DNA from: a virus
Taxonomy: Duplodnaviria; Caudoviricetes
Length of the DNA stretch: 64,000 bases
Virus record (IMG/VR): IMGVR_UViG_3300020419_000010
Location: 1-64,000 of that record
Strand: one strand, 5' to 3'
The position numbers and the translations under genes were made by a program. Every line of letters begins with the position of its first letter. The first letter of the stretch is position 1. Under the pieces are notes generated by a model. It had not been told where the DNA came from, ran no database searches, and saw only the letters and a program-made list of their open reading frames with translations. Shown here one piece after another: positions 1 through 8,794 of this stretch.

Positions 1-28
1 CTAAATCTCCTAGTCCCTTAATCACATA

Positions 29-2221
29 ATGGCAAAAGCAAGACTATACAAAATGGTAAACCCAGGTGTCATCAAGCGTGGTGGCATCACAGTTAAGGTT
101 GGAGATAAGACTGTCACTCAACCAACTATCAATTTCTCTAAGAATATTAGTGCAATTAATAGTTTAGGTGCTACTGTTAATAGTATTGCAATACTTACAC
201 AGGATTTAAAAGATACATTTCAAGAATATTCACGAACCTCTATATCAAATTACGAAGAGCAACTTAATAAGAGAAGAGAACAATTAGAAGTAGAACAGAA
301 GGAAAGGGATGATGCAGAACAAGCATTATTAACTGAACAGGGTAGAAAGAAAGATGATAAGTCAGAAGGGAAGCAGGAGAGTAAGTTAAAGACTGCATTG
401 AAGGGCAGTCTTGGTGTTATGAAAAAGGTTGGGAAGGCAGCATTTGGTTTCCTAGAAAAGATAGCGACTTTATTTGGTAGTATCATTTCTAAGTTTATAA
501 CTTATCAAGTGATGAAGTGGATGTCTGATCCACAGTCAGTTAAGAAGATGAAAAGTCTTATCCAAGGTATAGGAGGTATAGTCAAATTCTTTTCAACAGT
601 TGCTGGTTTTCTAATCAGTACAGGACTGAATACTCTTGCAGCAGTTTTTGATCCAGAAACATACAAGAAGATATTTGAATTTGCTAAGTTCATGATAGGT
701 TTAGCAATATTCCCAATTCCTCTTGCTATTAGTAGTATTGTAAAGTTCTGGAAATCAGGTAAATTACAGAAATCAGTAACACAATTTATGGAGGGTGTTG
801 GTAATTTGTTCAAGGGATTGATGGCAGTGCTTGGTGGATTAGGATTAGCGAAGTTTATCACAGGTGGTGGTGGCGGTGATCCTGCCAAAGAATTAGAAAA
901 ACCAGTAGAAGAGGAAGAAGAAACTGGTACAAAGACTAATGCTATCCTTGAAAAGGGACAGGTGACAGGTGGTAATATGACACAAGAGCAAGCGCAAGCA
1001 CAAATTAGATATATGGAACTTGAAGAAGCGATGAGTGATGCGTTAGAAAATCAGGATATGAAACTATATGAATCATTAGAAAAAGAACAGGCAGCGTTAC
1101 CAAAATTTGCTAAGGGTGGTTGGATCAAAGGTCCTATGTCTGGATATCCTGTGTCATTAGATGGTGGTAGATCTACATCATTTATAGGACATGGTACAGA
1201 GTATGTTGCACCGAAGATGGCAGTAGGTGGTGGACCACTTGGACAAGCATTTGTTATACCATATGACACACCAGCAACACGAACAAATCCAGGGTTGACT
1301 AACACTAGACTGTTACAAGCAAAGTCTGCTGGATTTAATGTTGCACCTATGTCAGCGGGTGGACTATTAGAAGCGATTGGTAATACAATCAGTACACCAA
1401 ATGTTCCTTATAAGAAGATTGAAAGTAAGATAGGTGCAGATAAAAAGACATGGGATACATTCAGAAATACTATTGCTGACATAGAGTCAAGTGGTAAGTA
1501 TAGAGTATTTGGTGGTAACAATGACATGTATGATGGTAGATACCAGATGGGTTCACTTGCTAAGACAGATGGTGCACGCATGATGGGTATGAGAGACCCA
1601 GGTCATGATGAAGATCCTAAGAAGTATATGCGTGTTATGTTCAGAAACAATAAAGCACTACAAGAGAGATTGTTTGCTGGATTCACCATCGCTAACCACA
1701 ACTATCTTTCCTCAGTGAAAGAATATGCAGACGCAGATTTACTTAGAAAGATGGAGATACTAGCGTATGCACATAACCAAGGATGGCAGGGTGCTAAGAT
1801 TCATATAACACAAGGAAAGGTAGGTCAGGATTCCTTTGGTACAAAGGGAACTGAGTATTCTGATAGAATCAAATCAGCATTCCAAGAGGCAAATATAACA
1901 CCACCACAGATAAACAATACAAGTAATATTACTAACCAGATAATAAACAAAGTTACACAGATAAAAGACGCAGTTAAAGGTGTCATGACAGGTGATAGGA
2001 TAAACAATAATGCGTTAGATGCAACAGAATCAAATGAGAAATCAACACAAATAATGGCAGGAGACTTAAATCCTATTGAACAACCAGCAGCACCAGCAGA
2101 AACAGCACCAATACAATCAGGTGGAGGTGGTAAACCATATGAGATTCCTGCTAATGATTACATCAAACCAAGGTTCGGACTTCTTGCTGACCTTGCAACA
2201 CAACCAGTTGAGATATTATGA
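29..2221 (+). CDS. Baseplate hub/tail-associated protein with N-terminal coiled-coil and hydrophobic helices and a C-terminal lysozyme-like (muramidase) domain
   Basis: Coiled coil (EEQLNKRREQLEVEQKER), hydrophobic helices, phage tail 'FAKGG'/'MSAGG' motifs, and lysozyme-fold pattern TIADIES...GRYQMG...AYAHNQG; lies directly upstream of the hub gene. Confidence 0.6.
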   Translation: MAKARLYKMVNPGVIKRGGITVKVGDKTVTQPTINFSKNISAINSLGATVNSIAILTQDLKDTFQEYSRTSISNYEEQLNKRREQLEVEQKERDDAEQALLTEQGRKKDDKSEGKQESKLKTALKGSLGVMKKVGKAAFGFLEKIATLFGSIISKFITYQVMKWMSDPQSVKKMKSLIQGIGGIVKFFSTVAGFLISTGLNTLAAVFDPETYKKIFEFAKFMIGLAIFPIPLAISSIVKFWKSGKLQKSVTQFMEGVGNLFKGLMAVLGGLGLAKFITGGGGGDPAKELEKPVEEEEETGTKTNAILEKGQVTGGNMTQEQAQAQIRYMELEEAMSDALENQDMKLYESLEKEQAALPKFAKGGWIKGPMSGYPVSLDGGRSTSFIGHGTEYVAPKMAVGGGPLGQAFVIPYDTPATRTNPGLTNTRLLQAKSAGFNVAPMSAGGLLEAIGNTISTPNVPYKKIESKIGADKKTWDTFRNTIADIESSGKYRVFGGNNDMYDGRYQMGSLAKTDGARMMGMRDPGHDEDPKKYMRVMFRNNKALQERLFAGFTIANHNYLSSVKEYADADLLRKMEILAYAHNQGWQGAKIHITQGKVGQDSFGTKGTEYSDRIKSAFQEANITPPQINNTSNITNQIINKVTQIKDAVKGVMTGDRINNNALDATESNEKSTQIMAGDLNPIEQPAAPAETAPIQSGGGGKPYEIPANDYIKPRFGLLADLATQPVEIL

Positions 2222-3783
2222 GTACTGCTAAAAGTTATAAACTAAGCAAAATTAATGTTCGTATCGGAGATCAGAAGGTAGACATTAGAGAACTCGTCGC
2301 TGAATTTAATTGGTTCGAGTCAATAGATTCTGCATTCATAAGATGTGATTTTACTATCTTAGATACTGTACAGTTTGATGACAACATACTTGGTAGTGAA
2401 TTGATTGATATTACGTTTGAATCTACGATGGAGGACAAATCTAGAATCCAACATGTGTTACAGATATACAAAATAGGTAGTATAGTAAAACAAGAAAGAG
2501 CAAAGTTATACATTCTACATTGTGCATCACCAGAAATATATGAGAACGAAGCAAACCGTGCATTCGGACAGTTTGGACCAGTATCAGGTAAGACAGATAT
2601 AGTCAAGTCAATGGTGAAGGGTAAACAACACATGAACTCACCTAAGAAAACACATATAGAATCACATACAAATATAAATGTATTGTCACCTAACTGGCGA
2701 CCTGTTGATCTTATCTCCTACATGTCTGATAAGGTTAGTAGAACAAAGGCAGGCAGTAGACAGAGTGGTAAAGGTAAGAAGCAAAGTGGTTTCTTATTCT
2801 GGGAGAACAGAGATGGATGGAACTTTAAATCTATGGATGGATTATGTGAACAGGATAGTATTGCAAAGTACACCTATGCACAAGCAAACGTAGGACAGAA
2901 CAATCCAGGGACAAATTTCTATCAGATTGAGTCAGTAATATATCCAGAAAGAGCGAATCAATTAGATAAGTTACGTCAGGGTGCATATAAACAGTGCACA
3001 TATGGTATTGTCATGGCACAGTTAACTGATAGTTATATGCCTAATGCTGGTGCTTCATCATCTACAACATTTGATGAGTGGGTAAAACTCAATGTACCAT
3101 ACACTGCTAATGATGGTAGTGCTGGGTCATTGTCTAATGAACAGTTGCTAGGGTTATATAATGCAAGTAAAGATTTGGACATAACATTTACTAACGCTGG
3201 TAATGATACATCATTCACATGGAAACCTAAGTCATTAGGTAGTAAGGATAATTTAACTGAGAGACAGTTGGCAAACAAAGATAAGACAGGTAAACCGTCA
3301 GGAACAATCAGTGGACCTATGGTATCTAATCTAAAACAAACATTTAGTAAAGCATCTAAATTACATGATGGTTTACCATACAGAGAAGAGCACTTAGATT
3401 TATATACAAGTCTATATCCTACAAGAACTAAGTTTAAGATCTTGCCTGGGTTCAACAATCAAACAGCAAATGCACCCAAGGGTGGTGCTGATGATGCAGA
3501 TGAGAGTGTATTAACTGCTGCAACATACTCTGCTGCACGTTGGGCACTATTAAATACACACTCTCTTACTATCAAAGTCCCTGGAAATACTAAACTAAAA
3601 GCAGGGGATGTAATCACAGTAAACTTACCGTCATCTAAACAAGAAAGTAAGTCAAATGTGGCAAGAGACCAGACATATTCTGGTAAGTATTTGGTCAAAG
3701 GACTAAGACATACCTATAAAAAACAGGGAATCACGACAGAACTTTACCTGTGTAGGGGTTCCTTGCCAGTCACAAAGAACTAA
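2218..3783 (+). CDS. Baseplate hub protein (T4 gp27/GPD-like)
   Basis: Motifs FNWFESI, FLFWENRDGWNFKS and C-terminal LTIKVPGNTKLKAGDVI...YSGKYLVKGLRH typical of contractile-tail hub proteins; upstream of gp5. Confidence 0.7.
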   Translation: MSTAKSYKLSKINVRIGDQKVDIRELVAEFNWFESIDSAFIRCDFTILDTVQFDDNILGSELIDITFESTMEDKSRIQHVLQIYKIGSIVKQERAKLYILHCASPEIYENEANRAFGQFGPVSGKTDIVKSMVKGKQHMNSPKKTHIESHTNINVLSPNWRPVDLISYMSDKVSRTKAGSRQSGKGKKQSGFLFWENRDGWNFKSMDGLCEQDSIAKYTYAQANVGQNNPGTNFYQIESVIYPERANQLDKLRQGAYKQCTYGIVMAQLTDSYMPNAGASSSTTFDEWVKLNVPYTANDGSAGSLSNEQLLGLYNASKDLDITFTNAGNDTSFTWKPKSLGSKDNLTERQLANKDKTGKPSGTISGPMVSNLKQTFSKASKLHDGLPYREEHLDLYTSLYPTRTKFKILPGFNNQTANAPKGGADDADESVLTAATYSAARWALLNTHSLTIKVPGNTKLKAGDVITVNLPSSKQESKSNVARDQTYSGKYLVKGLRHTYKKQGITTELYLCRGSLPVTKN

Positions 3784-3789
3784 TGCTAT

Positions 3790-3797
3790 AATAAATA
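3790..3797 (+). promoter_or_regulatory. T4-type late promoter (AATAAATA) upstream of cp12
   Basis: 7/8 match to TATAAATA, 22 nt before the cp12 ATG. Confidence 0.6.
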
Positions 3798-3819
3798 GTA
3801 GTAAATACCGAGTAATAAA

Positions 3820-4047
3820 ATGAAAAGTATAGAAGATCACATTAAAAAAGATCAAGACATAGTGGATGATCCACTAGCAAATCCTGCTGCACGCAGGCAT
3901 GCAAAAGAAGAACTACATGATCTAGTAGACTATGTAGAACATCATAAGGATGAGATAGAAGCAGGGGATCACCATGATCCAAATGCACTTGAACTATGGT
4001 GCGACCAGCATCCAGAAGAACCAGAGTGCTTAGTATACGACGACTAA
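3820..4047 (+). CDS. cp12: CP12 Calvin-cycle inhibitor (auxiliary metabolic gene)
   Basis: C-terminal LELWCDQHPEEPECLVYDD with the CP12 Cys pair; 75 aa. Confidence 0.95.
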   Translation: MKSIEDHIKKDQDIVDDPLANPAARRHAKEELHDLVDYVEHHKDEIEAGDHHDPNALELWCDQHPEEPECLVYDD

Positions 4048-4050
4048 GTT

Positions 4051-4629
4051 ATGTTTATTGATGTGGATGCACCGAAGAGTTTTATCGGTGGTGCAAAGAT
4101 AGATCATGAAATCGTAGATGGAGTTGTAGACTTCTGGAATACCTGTGACTACTTTGAAAAAGAAGAAGGTCAAACAGGTAAAGGTATAGACAAGAGTATG
4201 AAAGACTCTCTTGACTTGACAATTCCTAGATATCTAAAAGACAAACGAATAACTGCATATATTGATGCCCTTGCAGAGGTCACTATAAAGTATGTTGAAC
4301 ATTATCATACTATTAAATCTATCAAGTGGGACCTATTAGAGGACTTCAATATACAATGGTATCCTCGCGGTGGTGGATTTCATTCGCTACACTGTGAGAG
4401 AAGTAATGCACACCCACAGTGTGCAAACCGAGTCATGGCATGGATGACTTTTCTTAACACTATTGAGACAGGTGGTGAAACATACTTCGAGTATCAACAG
4501 TGTAAAATAAGAGCAAGCAAGGGATTAACCCTGATCTGGCCAGCAGACTGGACACATTTTCATAAAGGATGCCCCGCACCTAACGAAGAGAAAATGATTA
4601 TCACTGGATGGTATGACCTCACTTTTTGA
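4051..4629 (+). CDS. 2OG-Fe(II) oxygenase
   Basis: FNIQWY...HCE...WMTFLN...GGET.F...LIWPA.WTHFHKG...KMIITGW. Confidence 0.85.
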   Translation: MFIDVDAPKSFIGGAKIDHEIVDGVVDFWNTCDYFEKEEGQTGKGIDKSMKDSLDLTIPRYLKDKRITAYIDALAEVTIKYVEHYHTIKSIKWDLLEDFNIQWYPRGGGFHSLHCERSNAHPQCANRVMAWMTFLNTIETGGETYFEYQQCKIRASKGLTLIWPADWTHFHKGCPAPNEEKMIITGWYDLTF

Positions 4630-5113
4630 GTCCATGATACTTGGACAATTCCGTAACAGAAAACAGGCATTTACGAACCCAACTAAATGGCCACAGATAA
4701 ACGTGTTATATCAAAAGATTGCAGAGAATATACTAGACTTAAAGCAATGGTATAACTACCAGACAGAAGACACAGCATATAGACATTATCATTTAACGTG
4801 TGAGTATATTGATGAGCACACAGTTGTTACGTCAGCATTTAACATAGACACAAGGTCAGATGGTTGCCAATTACAATGGGGTTACTATGGTGGTTGGTGG
4901 TTTGGTGAAGTAAGAGGTGATTGCATCCTAAGAAATACAAGAGTAAAGAGTGAGATATGTTTTAACGGTACTCTATATCAGTCTCGTGATACTGGTATAG
5001 ATATAGATACAGGAGAGTTTAGATGGGGTAAAGAAGAAGAGGAAGGACTCTTCCGTTTTGAACGTCTAAATACTGAAAGGGAGTACGATTTAACAAATGT
5101 CACTAGGAACTAA
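4613..5113 (+). CDS. cpeT: CpeT/CpcT-type phycobilin lyase (short phage type)
   Basis: LGQFRNRKQAFTNP, Q.YNY..AYR, GC, SRDTG..D...RWG...F.FER pattern of T-type lyases. Confidence 0.85.
   Translation: MTSLFESMILGQFRNRKQAFTNPTKWPQINVLYQKIAENILDLKQWYNYQTEDTAYRHYHLTCEYIDEHTVVTSAFNIDTRSDGCQLQWGYYGGWWFGEVRGDCILRNTRVKSEICFNGTLYQSRDTGIDIDTGEFRWGKEEEEGLFRFERLNTEREYDLTNVTRN
5065..5072 (+). promoter_or_regulatory. Late-type promoter variant (TCTAAATA) upstream of gp5
   Basis: CTAAATA core 24 nt before the gp5 ATG. Confidence 0.45.
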
Positions 5114-7685
5114 AACTGACTTTGCAGGCAGAGACGGATTTCACTGGTGGATTGGTGAGGTAGAAGACCACATGGATCCCGCCCAGTTGGGTAGAGTTCG
5201 TGTGCGTATTATCGGTTGGTATACTGGTAATAGAACAAAAGATGATGGTTCAGATAGTTACTTACAAACACTTCCAACGGAAATGTTACCATGGGCAACT
5301 GTACTACTACCAACAGACAAACCACAAACTAAGAACGGTGGTACAACAACAGAATTACAACCAGGGTCAGAGGTTCTTGGTTTCTTCTTAGATGGAGAAG
5401 AAGCACAACTACCATGTGTACTAGGTGCTTTCCGTACGTTTAGACATGCAGAGGGAACATCAGAAGGTAGAGGATCATCAAATCAGATGTCTCGTACAAT
5501 CATTGCTGACGTTACAAAAGCAAATGAGAATGCAACAAACACTTCTACACAGACAGGTTTAAATAATGCCCCTGCATTTGGTGGACATCCATATGTAAAA
5601 GCACAAGGTCAAACCCCAGGATCAGCAACAGGTGGGGAAGAACAATCTCGTGGTGTAGTTAATAGAGCAGAAGTAGAGACACCATTTAACGTATATACTA
5701 ACCCTATTGGTGTACCGTCTAACATAGGTGGTATCGCTGATGGTACAACTGGACCAGCAAACGAAGGATTCCAAAAGGATCTACAACGTATGTTGACGGA
5801 TCTTGGTATGGCATTTGGATCTATCGCTCAGGACTCTGATGGCAACATGGTATCTGCTATCACAGGTCAGATCATGGAGGGTAAGGCAGCACTTAATCAG
5901 TTGACTAACCTTACAAACTTTATCACTAATGGTATCAGTGGTATGTTGGCACCATTAAAAGAGTTTCTTGCACAGAAGATGCAAATGGCGATTGATCTTA
6001 TAATGAAAGCGGTCAGTAACTTCGTACCATTGATCGTGGTCAAACAGATCATGGCAATCATACAGTCAATCATTCAAGATATATTTTGTAAACCAGTCCC
6101 AGGATTTCTTAGTGCTATAAGTGGGATAGTCGGGAATCTGGGAGGATTCCTGCAAGGAGTCATGGACTTTGTTATGAATAAGATTGATGACATGATGGCA
6201 TCTATCACTGACTTCGTTGAGAGAGCAATGAAGGGTATTCAATCAAAGATTTGTGGAGCACTTGGAGCATTTAATAAGATAGCAAACACAGTGTTATCTG
6301 CTATCAATACATTTAAGAATCTATCAAAGATTGCTGATGGTATTAGTAGTATCTTCTCTGTTAATTTCTCAGCATTAAATTTCAGCAGCATCTTAGATAT
6401 TATCGCTGCAATCATCGGATTCATTGCACAGTTCACTTCGTGTGGGAGGAAGAGTCGAAAACCAAGGGCGAAGGGGTGGATGCCACTGTTAGGCACCACC
6501 GAATGTGCAGACCCAGGAATTAGCGGACCAGGTGGAGGAGATTACAACAACTGCTCTGCTGACTCGTTCGGTGGTGGTGGATCACGACATTCTGATGGTG
6601 TACAAGGTTCAACAAGTATCTTTGATGGATACTTCCAAGACATGAATCCATTCTTGATGCAGACACAAACATTCTTGAACGGTTCTCGTGACATAGATGA
6701 TGCAACCCCAGGAAAAGAGAAGAGAGTAAGATCTGGACCAGGTGGTGTCACATCATTTGAAGATAAACGTGGTAACGTACACTATAATATACCTAACAAT
6801 GATACTAAGATCATAGGACGTGACCTAGTAGAGAACGTAAAGGGTAATCATGTTCTTACTGTTGAAGGTGACTACTATCTTAAAGTCATGGGTGACTTCC
6901 ATATCGAAGTTGCAGGGTCAATGAACGAGCATACATCTAATGGACCTGGGGCAAAAGCAAAGGCAGCAAGTGATTCTAGTTTCTTTGCAAAGGGTTCTAA
7001 GTGGAATGATCAGGGTAATGATGATCCAGATGCAGTAGAGCAACCTAGTGGTGGTAATCATTTCAATGTAAAGTCAGGACAGAAAGAAGCAAAGTCTGTA
7101 CAAACAAAAGCAGGAGACCATGATATAAGTTATCAGGGTGATATCACAATTCAAGGTGCACGAATTAATATGAAAGGTATTAATGCTATCAGTCTTGATG
7201 CACCAGAGATAAACAATTCATGTCAGGCATTGACTAATAAGGCAACAGGTGAGATAATAAATGAAACAAACTGGATCACATCTTTCTTGGCATGTGGACG
7301 TTTTGATATCGTAGGTATCTTCTCTTCTGCATTGACAAGTGTGGTCACAGGGCAGTATAGTTTAGTTAAAGGTGCTATTGTAGATGTTACAATGGATCTA
7401 CCTTTCCCTGGTCCTACTCCCCCTGCACATATTCGTATGGCAGTTGGTACAGCACAACCTAGTGCTATGGCAGACATAGTAACAGGTGGTTCCCCAGGTG
7501 CACATATGACATTAGTGGCCACTCCGACAGGTGGCATAGGAGAGATTGTAACAGCAGGATCTGGTGCTATAATAAATCAGGTAACCACAGGTCTATGCTC
7601 TTATGGAGTTGGAACTGGACTTGCTGCTCTGGGTAGTGCCCTCGGACCTACACAGATTTATGGACTCCCTGTTATGCTAAACTAA
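5097..7685 (+). CDS. gp5: Baseplate hub spike protein gp5 (no lysozyme domain evident)
   Basis: N-terminal OB-fold signature FHWWIGEVED..DP.QLGRVRVRIIG...LPWA...GFFLDGEEAQLP; C-terminal beta-helix repeats VKGNHVLTVEGDYYLKVMGD. Confidence 0.9.
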   Translation: MSLGTKTDFAGRDGFHWWIGEVEDHMDPAQLGRVRVRIIGWYTGNRTKDDGSDSYLQTLPTEMLPWATVLLPTDKPQTKNGGTTTELQPGSEVLGFFLDGEEAQLPCVLGAFRTFRHAEGTSEGRGSSNQMSRTIIADVTKANENATNTSTQTGLNNAPAFGGHPYVKAQGQTPGSATGGEEQSRGVVNRAEVETPFNVYTNPIGVPSNIGGIADGTTGPANEGFQKDLQRMLTDLGMAFGSIAQDSDGNMVSAITGQIMEGKAALNQLTNLTNFITNGISGMLAPLKEFLAQKMQMAIDLIMKAVSNFVPLIVVKQIMAIIQSIIQDIFCKPVPGFLSAISGIVGNLGGFLQGVMDFVMNKIDDMMASITDFVERAMKGIQSKICGALGAFNKIANTVLSAINTFKNLSKIADGISSIFSVNFSALNFSSILDIIAAIIGFIAQFTSCGRKSRKPRAKGWMPLLGTTECADPGISGPGGGDYNNCSADSFGGGGSRHSDGVQGSTSIFDGYFQDMNPFLMQTQTFLNGSRDIDDATPGKEKRVRSGPGGVTSFEDKRGNVHYNIPNNDTKIIGRDLVENVKGNHVLTVEGDYYLKVMGDFHIEVAGSMNEHTSNGPGAKAKAASDSSFFAKGSKWNDQGNDDPDAVEQPSGGNHFNVKSGQKEAKSVQTKAGDHDISYQGDITIQGARINMKGINAISLDAPEINNSCQALTNKATGEIINETNWITSFLACGRFDIVGIFSSALTSVVTGQYSLVKGAIVDVTMDLPFPGPTPPAHIRMAVGTAQPSAMADIVTGGSPGAHMTLVATPTGGIGEIVTAGSGAIINQVTTGLCSYGVGTGLAALGSALGPTQIYGLPVMLN

Positions 7686-7870
7686 TGAATGATTTAATTG
7701 AACATGCTTACATCCACTTCGGCACACGCACTATCGAAGTATTGGATGAAGAAGGATATTCACAGACTGTGAAATTTGAATGGTCAGAAGATGGTGGACG
7801 TGGGTTTGCAGCAATGTCTGAGTTTCTACAACAGAACTTAGAATCTGAAAGACGTACTTACACATTCTAA
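7685..7870 (+). CDS. Hypothetical protein
   Basis: 61-aa ORF translationally coupled (TAATG) to gp5. Confidence 0.7.
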   Translation: MNDLIEHAYIHFGTRTIEVLDEEGYSQTVKFEWSEDGGRGFAAMSEFLQQNLESERRTYTF

Positions 7871-8094
7871 TGAAACTAACACAAGAAATTATTGACAAAA
7901 TACAGGAAGCAATGCTTCATACCAAAAAGGATGGCACTGTTAACTGGAAAGATACTGATGAGATTGAAGTCAATCTAGCAGGAACATTTGCTGCTGATAG
8001 GTTTATTGTTATCAAGAACAAAACAAAAGACCCAGTAGTATCTGCTGCACCACACCCCAACTTTGATTACGAAAAGAAGGAATTCATCAAATGA
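7870..8094 (+). CDS. Hypothetical protein
   Basis: 74-aa ORF coupled by TAATG overlap. Confidence 0.75.
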   Translation: MKLTQEIIDKIQEAMLHTKKDGTVNWKDTDEIEVNLAGTFAADRFIVIKNKTKDPVVSAAPHPNFDYEKKEFIK

Positions 8095-8369
8095 AATCAT
8101 CTATTATAGAACTATCTGTTAAAGAAGTTAAGGAAGGTTTTGATCTGGTCTTGACAATGGTGGAAAGAGGACATACAATAAAGATTGTACAAGAAGGTAA
8201 ACCAAGCGTTTTGATGTTACCTGTTCCAGAATATGTCAAAGAGTATGCACAAGACAATGAAGAATTACCAGAGATTCCAATGCCACAGGATTGGAAACCC
8301 GATCCAGTCGGAGTAAAACAGTATGTCACAGAAGAACTCAACTCCATCCAGAAAGAACTTAACAGTTGA
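8091..8369 (+). CDS. Phd/YefM-like antitoxin-domain protein
   Basis: N-terminus IELSVKEVKEGFDLVLTMVERGHTIKIVQEGKPSVLMLPVPEY follows the Phd/YefM DNA-binding-domain pattern. Confidence 0.6.
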   Translation: MKSSIIELSVKEVKEGFDLVLTMVERGHTIKIVQEGKPSVLMLPVPEYVKEYAQDNEELPEIPMPQDWKPDPVGVKQYVTEELNSIQKELNS

Positions 8370-8547
8370 CATAAAAATGTGGTATAGCGAACATGACCAC
8401 ACATGGCATTGGACTTTGTTCGGTTACGAGGATCACTCGTATATACATAGTTCAAGAGCATACACTGTTAAGGAGTCTATGGAGATTATCCAGAAACAGA
8501 TAGCGTCTATGATGGAGGTAGAAGGACGTGAAATACAGGATTACTAG
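8323..8547 (+). CDS. Hypothetical protein (start uncertain)
   Basis: ORF fills the gap between neighbours; W.W.L motif. Confidence 0.55.
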   Translation: MSQKNSTPSRKNLTVDIKMWYSEHDHTWHWTLFGYEDHSYIHSSRAYTVKESMEIIQKQIASMMEVEGREIQDY

Positions 8548-8794
8548 CGCATATTGTAATCTAAAAGACTGCGGAGTCGTACTTATGTACATGATTGAAG
8601 GAACTCCATTCACATTTGAAGAGGACGGATTTGATTATACAGATCCTGAGATAATTGCAGAGGCAATGTTGAATCCAGAGATAACTCTGGACCAAATGTA
8701 TCAATGGTCATGTTATCTAATATTAGAAGGCATGCATCCAATAGTATATGATCTGCAAGAGCAGATCGCAAACCCAAGTATGTTACCCGAATGA
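8528..8794 (+). CDS. Hypothetical protein
   Basis: 88-aa ORF with GGAGG upstream, coupled (ATGA) to gcvP. Confidence 0.7.
   Translation: MKYRITSAYCNLKDCGVVLMYMIEGTPFTFEEDGFDYTDPEIIAEAMLNPEITLDQMYQWSCYLILEGMHPIVYDLQEQIANPSMLPE

Noticed and set aside
8367-8389. TTGACA...TATAGC promoter-like sequence
   Set aside because: Spacing is only 11 nt, incompatible with sigma70 geometry.
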